From assembly GCA_965199825.1 (NCBI GenBank), contig OZ241329.1:1120001-1184000 (forward strand): 64,000 nucleotides of DNA, given 5' to 3'. The stretch is from Bdellovibrionales bacterium. GTDB taxonomy: Bacteria; Bdellovibrionota; Bdellovibrionia; Bdellovibrionales; UBA1609. The notes beneath the pieces were generated by a model. That model did no database searches, had not been told where the DNA came from, and worked only from the letters and a program-made list of their open reading frames with translations. A program made the translations under genes and the position numbers. Below, in pieces: positions 9,908-18,126 of this stretch (the stretch's first letter is position 1; each line of letters begins with the position of its first letter).

Positions 9908-9926
9908 TCTTCAAGGGAGTGGGGCC

Positions 9927-11576
9927 ATGCCAATAGTCATCGTGATGTTCTTCGCGTTAAGTTCCTATGCAACAGTAAATATGAAAGATGCGGCGTACTC
10001 GGAGACGAGTAACGACATGAGCGTGCCTGGAGTCGGATACGACCTCAGAGTCCTCCGCACCTATAGTAGCCGATCTGTTTATAGCGGAATTTTTGGTTAT
10101 GGCCAGTGCTCTGACGGCGAAACTTCGCTTAAAGTAACACCAGAAAATTATCTTCAAGTGACAGAGTGTGGTGGTGGACAAAAGACTATGTACACCCCTC
10201 GCAAAGCCGATCCCGAAAAAATCGAAAGCACGATTAAGACGATCATGAAGGAAGTGCGTCAGAGAAAGCAAACCAATGATCAGCAATACTATTCGAATCT
10301 CGAAAAAGAATTGCATGAAAATGTGGTTTTACGCGAAGAATTGGGTCGCCAATTAGATCTTAAAGGAAAAGTCGAAGCAGGTGCGGTGTACTTTGCAAAT
10401 GGTCGTGAAAACGAAACCGTCGTTCTAAAAGACAACCAATACACTCGAACCATGGCCGATGGAACCTATCAAAAATTTGATATCGAAGGCCGCATGGCCA
10501 GCATGTACGACCGCAATGGCAACTACATTAAGCTCGAGTGGAAAAACGAAATGCTTTTATCCATGACCGATAACAGTGGTCGAAAGCTTGCGTTCAAATA
10601 TAACCCGACGACCAAAAAAGTTTCAGAAGTGGTGGGCCCCAACAATTTGAAATGTTCTTACGTCTATAAAGGCGAAGACATGATTTCAGCCACCAATGCG
10701 TGGAAGAACACATTTAAATACTCCTACGATGATCAACACAATATGACCCGCATCGATTTTCCCGACAACACTTACAAAGCGTTAACATTCAATAAAGAAA
10801 AAGATTGGGTCACCACCTTTCGCAATCGCAAAGGCTGTGTTGAAAGCTATGCCTATGATCCCGACAAGAGCGATCCGGTCAATCACTACACCTCAACCGT
10901 TACAAAAAAATGCGGTGGTGAAGTGACCAACCAAAGTACCTTTGAATTTTTATTTAAAAAACGGGCCGACGGAACAAACAAATACCTCGCCCGGCTTAAA
11001 TCCGACGTGAACGGTGATGTGACAGACACCACTTTCCATGAGCTTTTTGGTAAGCCAATTTCAATTGTTCACAACAAAGAGACCACCAATTACGCTTACT
11101 ACGATGATGGCCTGATCAAATCGAAAAAAGAAAAGCTGCGCGAAACCGATTTTCAATACAAAGACAAATGCCGCAAAGTTTCAAATGTCGAAATCAAATA
11201 TTTCGAAAAAGAAAAAGCGACCACTCCAAAGATCTTAAAAACAGCTTTTATTTATGACGAAGTAAAATGCAATTTGCTCGGCGCAAAAAATTCCGATGGC
11301 CTCCAAGTTAAACTCGAGTACGACACCAAAGGCCGAATTCATGTGATCGAAGATCAATCCAAAAAAACGGTGATGATCAAATACGAAGATCGTTTTGGAA
11401 AACCCGCAATCGTCTCGCGACCAGGCCTTGGCACAATCAAAGTCAGCTACAAAGCCGACGGTGAAATTGATAAAGTGGATAGCAAAGAAGGCCCAACAGT
11501 CGCAGTCCAAGTGGCCGGTGTTTTTAACAACATGCTCGATATGCTCGCCCCTGCCCAGGCCGAAACGAATTTATAA
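9927..11576 (+). CDS. Secreted YD/RHS-repeat protein (Bd0109-like)
   Basis: Signal peptide, LRTYSSRS..GIFGYG Rhs-like N-terminus, repeated YD/YxY units; directly after tadB. Confidence 0.8.
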   Translation: MPIVIVMFFALSSYATVNMKDAAYSETSNDMSVPGVGYDLRVLRTYSSRSVYSGIFGYGQCSDGETSLKVTPENYLQVTECGGGQKTMYTPRKADPEKIESTIKTIMKEVRQRKQTNDQQYYSNLEKELHENVVLREELGRQLDLKGKVEAGAVYFANGRENETVVLKDNQYTRTMADGTYQKFDIEGRMASMYDRNGNYIKLEWKNEMLLSMTDNSGRKLAFKYNPTTKKVSEVVGPNNLKCSYVYKGEDMISATNAWKNTFKYSYDDQHNMTRIDFPDNTYKALTFNKEKDWVTTFRNRKGCVESYAYDPDKSDPVNHYTSTVTKKCGGEVTNQSTFEFLFKKRADGTNKYLARLKSDVNGDVTDTTFHELFGKPISIVHNKETTNYAYYDDGLIKSKKEKLRETDFQYKDKCRKVSNVEIKYFEKEKATTPKILKTAFIYDEVKCNLLGAKNSDGLQVKLEYDTKGRIHVIEDQSKKTVMIKYEDRFGKPAIVSRPGLGTIKVSYKADGEIDKVDSKEGPTVAVQVAGVFNNMLDMLAPAQAETNL

Positions 11577-11586
11577 CGAGGTTATG

Positions 11587-11862
11587 ATGAAGTCGCTTTT
11601 TGTTTTTTTGCTTTTTTCAGGTTTTTGTTTTGCAGACGCACCAGCTTTAAAAGTGTTTCAAGGCGCGCCCTTAGAATCAAACGAAGATTCAAGATCCGAA
11701 GGCACCTTCGGCAATGACGGCGTATTTTGCGAAGACTGCTACGCCCGTTGGGCCGAGACGCAGTATAATATTCCACCTCAAGAGGCGATCAGACGCGCTC
11801 GCGATATCGCGGCGAACATCAAGAAAAACAACGGCGGTTCTTCTCAGTCTACTGATCATTAA
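11587..11862 (+). CDS. Small secreted CxxC protein, positional homologue of Bd0108 (Hit)
   Basis: GAGG RBS, signal peptide, FCEDC, polar tail; right after the YD-repeat gene (start 11584 or 11587). Confidence 0.6.
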   Translation: MKSLFVFLLFSGFCFADAPALKVFQGAPLESNEDSRSEGTFGNDGVFCEDCYARWAETQYNIPPQEAIRRARDIAANIKKNNGGSSQSTDH

Positions 11863-11863
11863 T

Positions 11864-12532
11864 TTAGTATCGCCGCACATCCATCAGTTTACCGCATTGG
11901 TCGGCAAATCTTTGAGACTTAAGCCTGCTGCGCATCCCTCCGGGAATGACATAGTCGTTACTTTTCCAACTGACAGTGGTGGGATAAACCAAACTTCGTT
12001 TTTTTATTTCACCATTAACCGAGGGATAGAGGATACCCGCCTTAAACGTTGCGTGCTGAAATCCTAGATATTCAGTGAGTGCTTTGAAAAGATTAAATTG
12101 TTTTAAATCTTCACCTGAAAAATACCGAGAGCTAAAGATAAAAGATTTTTTAGGGTTGTGATAAAATTCAATCGCTACAACATCTGCCGGATGTAATTCC
12201 GGATCTCGATAAAATTCCTTAGCAAGATACAAAAAATCAAATTGAGCATTTTTTGTTTTCAAGTTTTCGCCCGTGACCCAATATCTACTAAGGGCATTGC
12301 CGTTTGAGTCTAATGTTCGAAAAGCAAAAATTTCTGAATCACCTTCGTCCTTGGACTTCTCTAAAATCCACTTGTCAAATTCGGTGAGCTCTTCGTTTTC
12401 TACAAGATGAATGCCGTCTGGCAATTTTTTAAATTGAAAGCCCGAAACTAAATTGGCAAAGGTCGAATCCACTTTTGCAGCTATTGCGTAGTTCGAAATT
12501 AAAAAGGCGCAAACCAAGAGGTAATTTTTCAT
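11864..12532 (-). CDS. Secreted hypothetical protein
   Basis: Signal peptide MKNYLLVCAFLISNYAIA; 222 aa. Confidence 0.7.
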   Translation of the reverse strand: MKNYLLVCAFLISNYAIAAKVDSTFANLVSGFQFKKLPDGIHLVENEELTEFDKWILEKSKDEGDSEIFAFRTLDSNGNALSRYWVTGENLKTKNAQFDFLYLAKEFYRDPELHPADVVAIEFYHNPKKSFIFSSRYFSGEDLKQFNLFKALTEYLGFQHATFKAGILYPSVNGEIKKRSLVYPTTVSWKSNDYVIPGGMRSRLKSQRFADQCGKLMDVRRY

Positions 12533-12593
12533 TAGGGTTCCTGTAAGAGATATAAAAATTCTGGTTTATAATTAATGTAGAGTTCAGTCCTGC

Positions 12594-13427
12594 TCAATTA
12601 GCAAACACAATGCCGATCCCCCGGTGATGGGCACGATGATGACCCGAGCACAACAAAGTGAGATTTTCGATTTCATTCGTCCCACCGAGCGATATCGGTT
12701 GGATGTGATGAATATCGAGGTGCCGTTGCTGATCACATCGCTCGCCATTTTTATTGATGTGTGTGCATCGACTCTGATGAATGTGATAAACCTGGCGTTT
12801 CAACAGCGCGGTCATATTGGGCGACTTCGTCGTTGGGCACGATTTTTTTAATGGATCGTGTTTGACCAAAAATTGATCGACAAGCTCGTTGATAAGATCT
12901 TCCACCGTTGCAGCTTTTTTAAATTTTTGGCTTAACAGATCTTGGGCTCTTTTAAATGACACATATTTTTGTTCAGCCATTGAAAATGTGATTTGAACTC
13001 GCTCAGTTTCGCCCACCACACAAAATCGTGTCCGCTCGGGTAAAGCTTTTTCAGGATGAGCTTTGGCTATTTCTTTTTCTAAACTGCGCTTTGTTCCCTT
13101 CGCCTTATCAAACCAGTGTTGAGCATTCTCTTTTGTTAATATGCCGCTGATCCTGTTTGCTTTTGAAATTGAAATTTCGCCTGATGCGATTTGAGTTTTA
13201 AGTGCAGGAATCTCGATAAATTTTTTGGCAAGTTTATTAAAGATGCTCGCAAGCTCTTCAGATAAATGGAGCTGCTGGGTTGAGTATTCAAAAAGGGAAC
13301 GACATCCAAATTGATAATAGGTTTTATTGCGCCACACCTGCTCTAAAGCATTGAGCAAAAGCAATTCGGATTTGCGGTGATTTTCAGCCGCAACTACAGC
13401 GTTACGATGAACATTTAAATGATCCAT
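12594..13427 (-). CDS. HNH endonuclease with helical N-terminal domain (copy 1)
   Basis: RCTH...RC..RHLDIHHIQPISLGGTNEIENLTLLCSGHH; AGGAGA RBS before ATG 13427 (277 aa); paralogue of 50042..50848. Confidence 0.88.
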   Translation of the reverse strand: MDHLNVHRNAVVAAENHRKSELLLLNALEQVWRNKTYYQFGCRSLFEYSTQQLHLSEELASIFNKLAKKFIEIPALKTQIASGEISISKANRISGILTKENAQHWFDKAKGTKRSLEKEIAKAHPEKALPERTRFCVVGETERVQITFSMAEQKYVSFKRAQDLLSQKFKKAATVEDLINELVDQFLVKHDPLKKSCPTTKSPNMTALLKRQVYHIHQSRCTHINKNGERCDQQRHLDIHHIQPISLGGTNEIENLTLLCSGHHRAHHRGIGIVFAN

Positions 13428-13450
13428 AAATATCTCCTGTTTAGGAGAAG

Positions 13451-13459
13451 AGTGTAGCA
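13451..13459 (-). promoter_or_regulatory. Putative extended -10 promoter of HNH copy 1
   Basis: Minus strand TG-C-TACACT; the equivalent TG-T-TATATT is at the same place in copy 2. Confidence 0.4.
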
Positions 13460-13650
13460 CGGGTTTTTTACCAATGGTTTTGATGTGCTCCGAGATGATT
13501 TTTTAGACTCTGTTTTTGTTGTTATTTTTGGTCACAGAGGTGCGCCTCATCGACGATTATTAAAAACACATTCGATTGATCGAATTTTTTCGATACAGAG
13601 CACTCTGGTGCATCAAAAACTGCGTCAATCTATTTCGAGAAAATCAATGT

Positions 13651-13883
13651 GGGCACGATAATTTTGAATCTAACCAAAACTCCGGAGGTGTTCGGTTTTT
13701 GTTTAGATTAAAACACTGGGCATGAGAAAATTTAATTCTCAGCGGGCACGACAATCCTCAACCCGATTTGACAAGCGGGCACGATCATTCGTGAACTGTT
13801 TTAACCAGCGGGCACGACAATCGACACCGCCAATCGCTACTCAAACGGCCCCAATCTACCTTCGTTCATCCCGGCGGGCACGA
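13651..13883 (+). repeat. Array of short (GC)GGGCACGA direct repeats with variable spacers (array 1)
   Basis: GGGCACGA at 13651, 13744, 13777, 13810, 13876 (last spacings 33, 33, 66); variant GGGCATGA at 13718. Confidence 0.85.
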
Positions 13884-13995
13884 CAGAAAAACTGTCTCAA
13901 AACAAGACACTTCTCCTCGAGCCGCAATGTGCGCGAGCCTGTCTACAAATTGGTCATCGTCAGGAGCCAAATAGACCTACACCGCCGTTTCGCTT

Positions 13996-14010
13996 TGGCA
14001 CAAGGATGGC
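13996..14010 (+). promoter_or_regulatory. Putative sigma54 (-24/-12) promoter
   Basis: TGGCAC-AAGGA-TGGC with correct GG/GC spacing, upstream of a GAGGAG RBS. Confidence 0.5.
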
Positions 14011-14035
14011 TATATAAAGCTCAAGAGGAGTCTAT

Positions 14036-14221
14036 ATGAAACGATTATTAATTTTGGTTCTGCTTGCTTCTGCCCAAACCGCGATGGCTTGTCCTTATGA
14101 AGCTGTTGTTAAAGCTCTCAATTCAAAGTCCGCAGATGAAAGATCTCGCGCCTCGCAGATTTTAATGGCCGTGCAATACTCGCAAAGCCATCCTTCAACT
14201 TCATCAAATTCTAGTCGTTAG
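14036..14221 (+). CDS. Small secreted peptide
   Basis: Strong RBS GAGGAG; signal peptide MKRLLILVLLASAQTAMA; 61 aa. Confidence 0.7.
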   Translation: MKRLLILVLLASAQTAMACPYEAVVKALNSKSADERSRASQILMAVQYSQSHPSTSSNSSR

Positions 14222-14504
14222 ACTCTCGAGTCACATCGGGATGTCGATCGATGCGAAATTTTTCTTCGCGTGAGCCGGCTCGCTGGGTGCGCGATTTAAT
14301 TTGATTGGTCACCCGATCCCAAACTCGGGTGATTGAAATCACTGATGCATCTACGACCGAATCAATGGGTTCTAAAATCACCGAGTGTGTCGCAAGAGAG
14401 ACCGCTCTTTGCTCCAAACTTTTTCCGCTCACATGAATTTGCAACAGCAGAACAATCACCAAGCTTGCAATTAACGTTCGGGCAAACGACCAAAACTGAC
14501 TCAT
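14211..14504 (-). CDS. Hypothetical membrane-anchored protein
   Basis: N-terminal TM helix; AGGAGA RBS; follows the response regulator. Confidence 0.6.
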   Translation of the reverse strand: MSQFWSFARTLIASLVIVLLLQIHVSGKSLEQRAVSLATHSVILEPIDSVVDASVISITRVWDRVTNQIKSRTQRAGSREEKFRIDRHPDVTRESND

Positions 14505-14506
14505 CT

Positions 14507-14884
14507 TTATTTCTCCTTTTTAAAAGCCGCGGATTCTAATGCGCGGATCACATCTTGTGATTGAAACGGTTTAACCACGTAACTACAACACCCAGCCTCA
14601 AGCGCACGAAGCACCATTGTTTCTTGATCAACGGTGGAGCATGCGATGATGCGACAAGTGGGGTTGAGTTTTAAAATCTCTACGGTCGCTTCGATTCCAC
14701 TTTTTTTGGGCATGACGATATCCATCAACACCACTTCTGCACCAGTCTCTCGCACAACTTGAACCGCTTGCTCTCCGTCCTCGGCTTCACCAACGATTTC
14801 CCACTCCGAACGCGACTCTAAAAGGTGCCTAAGCACATCCCTAATAAACGCAGCGTCATCGACCAAAACGAGTTTAATTCCCAT
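14507..14884 (-). CDS. Single-domain CheY-like response regulator
   Basis: LVDDAAFIR, LMDIVMP, VKPF; start moved to ATG 14884. Confidence 0.9.
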   Translation of the reverse strand: MGIKLVLVDDAAFIRDVLRHLLESRSEWEIVGEAEDGEQAVQVVRETGAEVVLMDIVMPKKSGIEATVEILKLNPTCRIIACSTVDQETMVLRALEAGCCSYVVKPFQSQDVIRALESAAFKKEK

Positions 14885-14934
14885 CTTCCCTATTATAGGG
14901 TCGGGGCTATCATTTTCCCAATGAGATTTTTTTA

Positions 14935-15624
14935 ATGGATCCCTTAACACTGATAGAAAAGCTGATCGATCAGCTCTCTGGCCTTTCGTCCACAACGGTA
15001 TATTTCACGATTGTTAGTGTTTTATTTATCTGTGGCCTTGGTATTCCTGTACCCGAAGATCTCACCCTCATTTCAGCCGGAGTGTTGGCCTCGCTCGAAA
15101 CCATTACGCTTCCGGGTGCAATCATCTCATGTTTTTTTGGTGTTCTCTTGGGCGATGCTTTACTTTTTAATTTGGGTCGACGTTACGGCAAGCGCGCTTT
15201 TCAATTGCCATTGATAAACAGAATCTTCACTCCCGATCGTGTGGCCGCAGCGGAAGATCGAATCAAAAACAATTCAAAATTTATTTGTTTTATCGCGCGC
15301 TTCTTACCAGGACTCAGAGCTCCGGTGTATCTTACCGCAGGAGTGATGGGAGTAAAACCAACCACATTTTATTTACTCGATGGAGCAGCCGCTCTCATTA
15401 GCGTCCCGGTGTGGGTGTATGGGGGATGGTATTTTGGTCAGGCTCTAGAAGATGCAATGGGATTTGCAAAACGCATGCAAGTATTTTTGCTGGTCTTTGT
15501 GGGAGGCTTTATGGCGTTTTATTTTTTGCTCAAATGGCGAAAAAAACAACAAACACTCACCGACGAGATGCTTTTAGCCCAAAAAAATCGCGATAAGAAA
15601 AATCCGAGCGACCCCAAGTATTGA
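14935..15624 (+). CDS. DedA family membrane protein
   Basis: GLGIPVPED, GDALLFNLGR, IARFLPGLR. Confidence 0.9.
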   Translation: MDPLTLIEKLIDQLSGLSSTTVYFTIVSVLFICGLGIPVPEDLTLISAGVLASLETITLPGAIISCFFGVLLGDALLFNLGRRYGKRAFQLPLINRIFTPDRVAAAEDRIKNNSKFICFIARFLPGLRAPVYLTAGVMGVKPTTFYLLDGAAALISVPVWVYGGWYFGQALEDAMGFAKRMQVFLLVFVGGFMAFYFLLKWRKKQQTLTDEMLLAQKNRDKKNPSDPKY

Positions 15625-15656
15625 CCCTCCTGTTTTAGACTTGCACACTTAAATCC

Positions 15657-17189
15657 ATGTCATCATTAATTTTTGCCTTTCTTTTTATAGCAAACGCCCA
15701 AGTTGTTCAAAATCAGGGTGTCTACCGCAGCGACGCCGATGAGCTCGTCACCATCAATAAAATATCGGCTCTGCCTTTTATCGATAATCTTGATGGAATA
15801 TATGCAAGACCTCTTGAGGCCGACTTTATTGAGAATCTCAAGCGCAATCCCCAATTTGATTTTGTGCCGGCCGCACTCAGCTTTACGCCCGAGGAACTCC
15901 AAGCAGATTTACAAAAAATAGATCAAGTGTGCAATGTCATCAATGCGGACGCATTTTTTGCCACCCATATTGTCAAAACGCCAGACGGCATTCAAATCCT
16001 AATGAATTTTTATCTTACAAAAGATAAACGGCTGTTTGCTCAAGCCGAAGCTAAACAAATTAAATTGAGCGACATCCAAAGTCTTAAACAACAAGTTCAA
16101 AAATTAACCGAACAAATTATTTCGCGAATTCCTTATCGCGGGATGATTCTCTCAAGACAAAATCTGCGGGTCACAATCAACTTAGGATCTCGCGATGGAA
16201 TCCAAAAAGATCAGATTTTGCCGGTGATCCAAATTATTTCGTTAAGCCGCCACCCCAAATTTGATTTTGTAGTAGGTACCGAAAAAGAAATCTTAGGTAA
16301 AATTCAGATCACAAAGGTTGACGAAACTTTGAGTTTTGCCAACATCATTTCAGAACGCGAAAAAGAAACCATCCAAAAATTCGCCAAACTCTCGGCACTA
16401 GAATTTGTTTCCTACACTCCCAACACCCAACAACCAGTCACACTCAAAGACCAAAACTTGTATGGCGAACATCCCACAGCATGGGTTCCCAAGGAGCGAC
16501 CATTGCTCGGCGAAGTGGGAGCAAATTTTGGGTTGGGCAATTTGGCAATCAATATGGACACCAGCAACGGATCACTAGATGGAGGATCTGGATTGATTCC
16601 GTTGATTTCACTCACTGGAGAACTTTGGGTAACAAATGAATTTTCGGTTCATGCCAATTTATCGCAAGCGATTTACACCACAGGGAATCCTCAGGGCGCA
16701 CCATCCAAACTTTCGGGCGGGCTTTCGAGTTACGATTTTTTATTTGGCTACAATTTTCGCTTGGGTCCCGATGTGTGGGGTCCAGATATCGAAGCGTTAA
16801 TTGGATATTCCTCAAGCCGATTTTTTATCGACGATTCAACGCCCACATCTTTTACCTCGCAAGAGTACAATGGTTTTAAATTTGGTGTGGGAGGCTCAAC
16901 ACCTATAACGTTTGATCGCAATTGGGGTGTAGGCGCCCAAGCCTTTTTTTATATTCAACCCAATCTGAGCGAACAACCGGTAAGCTCCGGGGCCACAAGT
17001 CGCGCGACCATCAATCAGTTTTCAATTTTTGGATATAATAAAGTGAGCGAACACATTCGACTTAAAATGATGGCAAATTTTGAATTGTTCTCGGCCAACT
17101 TTACCGGTGCTGGAACGCGCGTGGATACCGCAACGAGTGCTTCGCAACGCCTGCTCACTCTTTCGGGGGGAGTGAGTTATCTGTTTTAG
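15657..17189 (+). CDS. Secreted protein with probable C-terminal outer-membrane beta-barrel
   Basis: Signal peptide; alternating beta-strand pattern ending GVSYLF. Confidence 0.65.
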   Translation: MSSLIFAFLFIANAQVVQNQGVYRSDADELVTINKISALPFIDNLDGIYARPLEADFIENLKRNPQFDFVPAALSFTPEELQADLQKIDQVCNVINADAFFATHIVKTPDGIQILMNFYLTKDKRLFAQAEAKQIKLSDIQSLKQQVQKLTEQIISRIPYRGMILSRQNLRVTINLGSRDGIQKDQILPVIQIISLSRHPKFDFVVGTEKEILGKIQITKVDETLSFANIISEREKETIQKFAKLSALEFVSYTPNTQQPVTLKDQNLYGEHPTAWVPKERPLLGEVGANFGLGNLAINMDTSNGSLDGGSGLIPLISLTGELWVTNEFSVHANLSQAIYTTGNPQGAPSKLSGGLSSYDFLFGYNFRLGPDVWGPDIEALIGYSSSRFFIDDSTPTSFTSQEYNGFKFGVGGSTPITFDRNWGVGAQAFFYIQPNLSEQPVSSGATSRATINQFSIFGYNKVSEHIRLKMMANFELFSANFTGAGTRVDTATSASQRLLTLSGGVSYLF

Positions 17190-17928
17190 GGATGAGACCC
17201 TCTTTTAAAATATATTTGCAATAGTAGTCATGGGAACTGAGTCCTGCACGTGCGGCTTCGATTCGGTCATTAAAAAATTCGGGCAACCGTTTTGTGTCTG
17301 TCTCAAATCCTTCGGGCCGTAATGTTAAACCTGCCAAAAATTCTTGAGCCTGATCTAGGGTAGTGTGTTCTGGCAGCGTGACAATGATATCATCGAAGTA
17401 CGCGTGAAATTTAATGTTCATCGCACCTTCTGGATTAGGTAAAGTGTAAGAGTGAATCACTTTTTTAAAGACTGTGCCCTCACGTTTGACGATCACTCGA
17501 TCCAAATAGGAATAATGATCTTTTAAGGAGATGTCGGAATTCATTTTCGAATGCTTGATCACACTCGCAAACTCTAAGGCAGTTAAACCCTGACTCCAGC
17601 TTCCGCTCACCAAAAACTGAACCTTAAATAGATCTTCAAGTTCTGCAAAAATAAAGGGTGGGTAGTTGCTAATCAAATCGGAAATATGAGCAGGAAGGTT
17701 CTGATTGTTCAGTGTTCTTAAAAATGGAATTAAATCTTTATTCTTTTGCTCCATTAAAACTATAAGTTTGGGAACGATATTTCTTTGCGCAAATTCAGTC
17801 TGAAGAGCTGGAGTCAGTTGCGACATCTGTCTAAATTGTTGAGACAAAAAAGAATTCAAATCGGTGTGAGCCACTGCTCTTAACGAAAAGCTTCCGACAA
17901 CGCATAATAAAATAAACAATGTTTTCAA
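17155..17928 (-). CDS. Secreted hypothetical protein
   Basis: Probable TTG start at 17928 gives signal peptide MKTLFILLCVVGSFSLRAVA; the longer track ORF runs through a repeat/hairpin. Confidence 0.6.
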   Translation of the reverse strand: MKTLFILLCVVGSFSLRAVAHTDLNSFLSQQFRQMSQLTPALQTEFAQRNIVPKLIVLMEQKNKDLIPFLRTLNNQNLPAHISDLISNYPPFIFAELEDLFKVQFLVSGSWSQGLTALEFASVIKHSKMNSDISLKDHYSYLDRVIVKREGTVFKKVIHSYTLPNPEGAMNIKFHAYFDDIIVTLPEHTTLDQAQEFLAGLTLRPEGFETDTKRLPEFFNDRIEAARAGLSSHDYYCKYILKEGLIPKTDNSLPPKE

Positions 17929-17973
17929 AGGCACCAACCTCACTTTAGTTTCTTGATCTACTTCAAAATCCGG

Positions 17974-17991
17974 ACAAAAAAAAGCCCAAGG
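17974..17991 (+). repeat. 18-bp direct repeat ACAAAAAAAAGCCCAAGG, copy A
   Basis: Identical to 21681..21698 in the groEL terminator. Confidence 0.7.
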
Positions 17992-18080
17992 ACTAAAAGC
18001 TTGGGATTTGTTAGATTTATGGTTATGGGTGCGCGACTTCATGCGAATTATAAAATATTTATCCAAACCTTATTTAAAGA

Positions 18081-18108
18081 AAGCCCAAACCTAAGAGGTG
18101 TTGGGCTT
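18081..18108 (-). terminator. Hairpin terminator after the paralogue array
   Basis: AAGCCCAA...TTGGGCTT stem. Confidence 0.5.
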
Positions 18109-18126
18109 AACGAATTTAAGGTTTAA

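Noticed and set aside
9927..11576. Rhs toxin-immunity pair
   Set aside because: No DPxG cleavage motif or toxin C-terminal domain; the context fits a Bd0109-like pilus protein.
13722..14039. 105-aa ORF with RARQS repeats
   Set aside because: It is a translation of array 1 with no clear RBS. Array 2 has non-triplet spacings, so the motif is not maintained for coding.
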